NCBI GenBank assembly: GCA_002189035.1
Contig: CM007989.1
Location: forward strand, 7,564,001 to 7,628,000
Length of the DNA: 64,000 nucleotides
Direction: 5' to 3'
Source of the DNA: Utricularia gibba
Lineage: Eukaryota > Plantae > Magnoliophyta
Made by a program: the position numbers and the translations under genes. The notes under the pieces are model-generated. The model worked only from the letters and a program-made list of their open reading frames with translations. It had not been told where the DNA came from and did not search any database. Within the stretch, counting starts at the first letter, position 1. Each line of letters opens with the position of its first letter. Shown one piece after another: positions 62,772 to 64,000 of the stretch.

Positions 62772-63406
62772 GACGAGGCACCGAACCCTAAACGCCTTGC
62801 AAGTCCGGTGCGTCGTGTTGTATTTTTGGTCGTGCCCGGTTATGCGGCTGCCGGCGGCATGGGATGGAAATGGGATTGCTGATTGCTGTAAGCAATATTA
62901 TAATATACAAGGAGCTGTCTTGGGGGAAAAAGAAAAAAAGATGAAAATGATCGCTGCGAATGGCTATACTCTTATATTAATTTACATCCGTCAAACACAT
63001 TATCAAATTGATTTTATTTAAAATTTAAGAAAATTATTTTAAATGTAAAAAAAAAGTTAAAATTACAATTTAAGTACGATTACCATCATTTTTTTGTATT
63101 TAGAATTATTCTAATACAACAATTAAATTTACTGCATTTTTAATTATTTAATATGTATATATAAATAATTACGCCGAAAAGCCTCTTTTTGGGTTTCTTT
63201 ATTTTTATTTTTTATTTTTGTTTCCCTAGAATCTTCAGTCGACATATTTAAAGCGAAACCGAAATGGAAGAAAGACAGTTGAGGAGGGAAGAGGAAGGCC
63301 CCGCCACCATCCCGCGGAGATTGAAAGGGATCGGAGAAAACGATGAAGCTGCACGGAAATTTGCAGGATTTTGAAGTTTGAATCCTTGGTGATAGGAAAG
63401 GAAAAA

Positions 63407-64000
63407 ATGCCGATGAGCAGATACCAGATAAGGAGCGAGTACGGTTTATCCGATCCGGAGCTGTACCGCGCTGCCGACAAGGATGATCCCGAGGCTTTGC
63501 TCGAGGGAGTCGCGATGGCCGGATTGGTTGGCGTGCTTCGCCAGCTTGGAGATCTGGCTGAGTTAGTTCGTGTATTATTGAATTCGTTGATAGGTTTTTT
63601 ATACAAGGATTGGTTAATTTGAGAGTTTGGATTTTCTCTCGTGTTGTACTTTCAACTCATGCCGCAATTCGTATCCATTTTTGAACTTCCAACAAATTGA
63701 ACTTCTTAATATGCATGTGAATTAGATGCGGTTAGTCTTGCATTTAGTTTTCTTTATAGCTTTAGGTTTTAGGAGATTGCGTCGGAGTTCTTGAGTTGCA
63801 GTGGTTAAAAAATTTAATGAGGTTTCTGGTTTATTTTTGCTTTTACCTTTCCGATTTTTGTGCTCCCTGCCTATTTCTCCAGTGTTGCTGTATCTTGATA
63901 CTAATGCGTGCTCTTGATGACAAGACACTTGGAAGCTATCTTTGATTTGTCATTGTGGTTCTTCAAGGTTTGCTGCAGAAATTTTTCATGATCTGCATGA
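63407..64000 (+). CDS. SCAR: SCAR/WAVE family protein, N-terminal SCAR homology domain (runs off the window end)
   Basis: Exon 1 63407-63561 [52 protein letters not shown]; phase-2 intron; exon 2 from 63968 [10 protein letters not shown]. Confidence 0.96.

Overview
Gene-dense euchromatic window from a compact-genome flowering plant, probably a eudicot. Introns are short and many spacers are only 300-900 bp. I reconstructed 19 spliced protein-coding genes by hand, in order: nuclear poly(A)-binding protein (-), WD40-like conserved protein (-), h-type thioredoxin (+), SCYL1-like pseudokinase (+), class III peroxidase (-), bHLH/ACT-like regulator (-), RKD-type RWP-RK factor (-), mini zinc finger (-), subgroup-1 R2R3-MYB (-), 5'-3' exonuclease (+), P-class PPR (-), ASC-1/TRIP4-like zinc finger (+), 2OG-Fe(II) dioxygenase (+), conserved unknown protein (+), half-size ABCA transporter (-), SPC25 (+), P5CDH (+), YLPM1-like P-loop protein (+), and the start of a SCAR/WAVE gene (+). 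I saw no tRNA, rRNA, CRISPR array, intact transposon or recognisable conserved miRNA. I found no convincing new biological system. The strongest signal is seven single-base deletions, mostly in G/C homopolymers, breaking five otherwise conserved genes; this most likely reflects sequencing error rather than pseudogenisation. Other items worth checking: a WCNPC thioredoxin with an MGxC lipidation motif, a 203-bp tandem duplication, three GC-AG introns, a possible lncRNA converging on RKD, and a few unexplained coding-like segments. Homology calls come from motif recognition and memory, not database searches.
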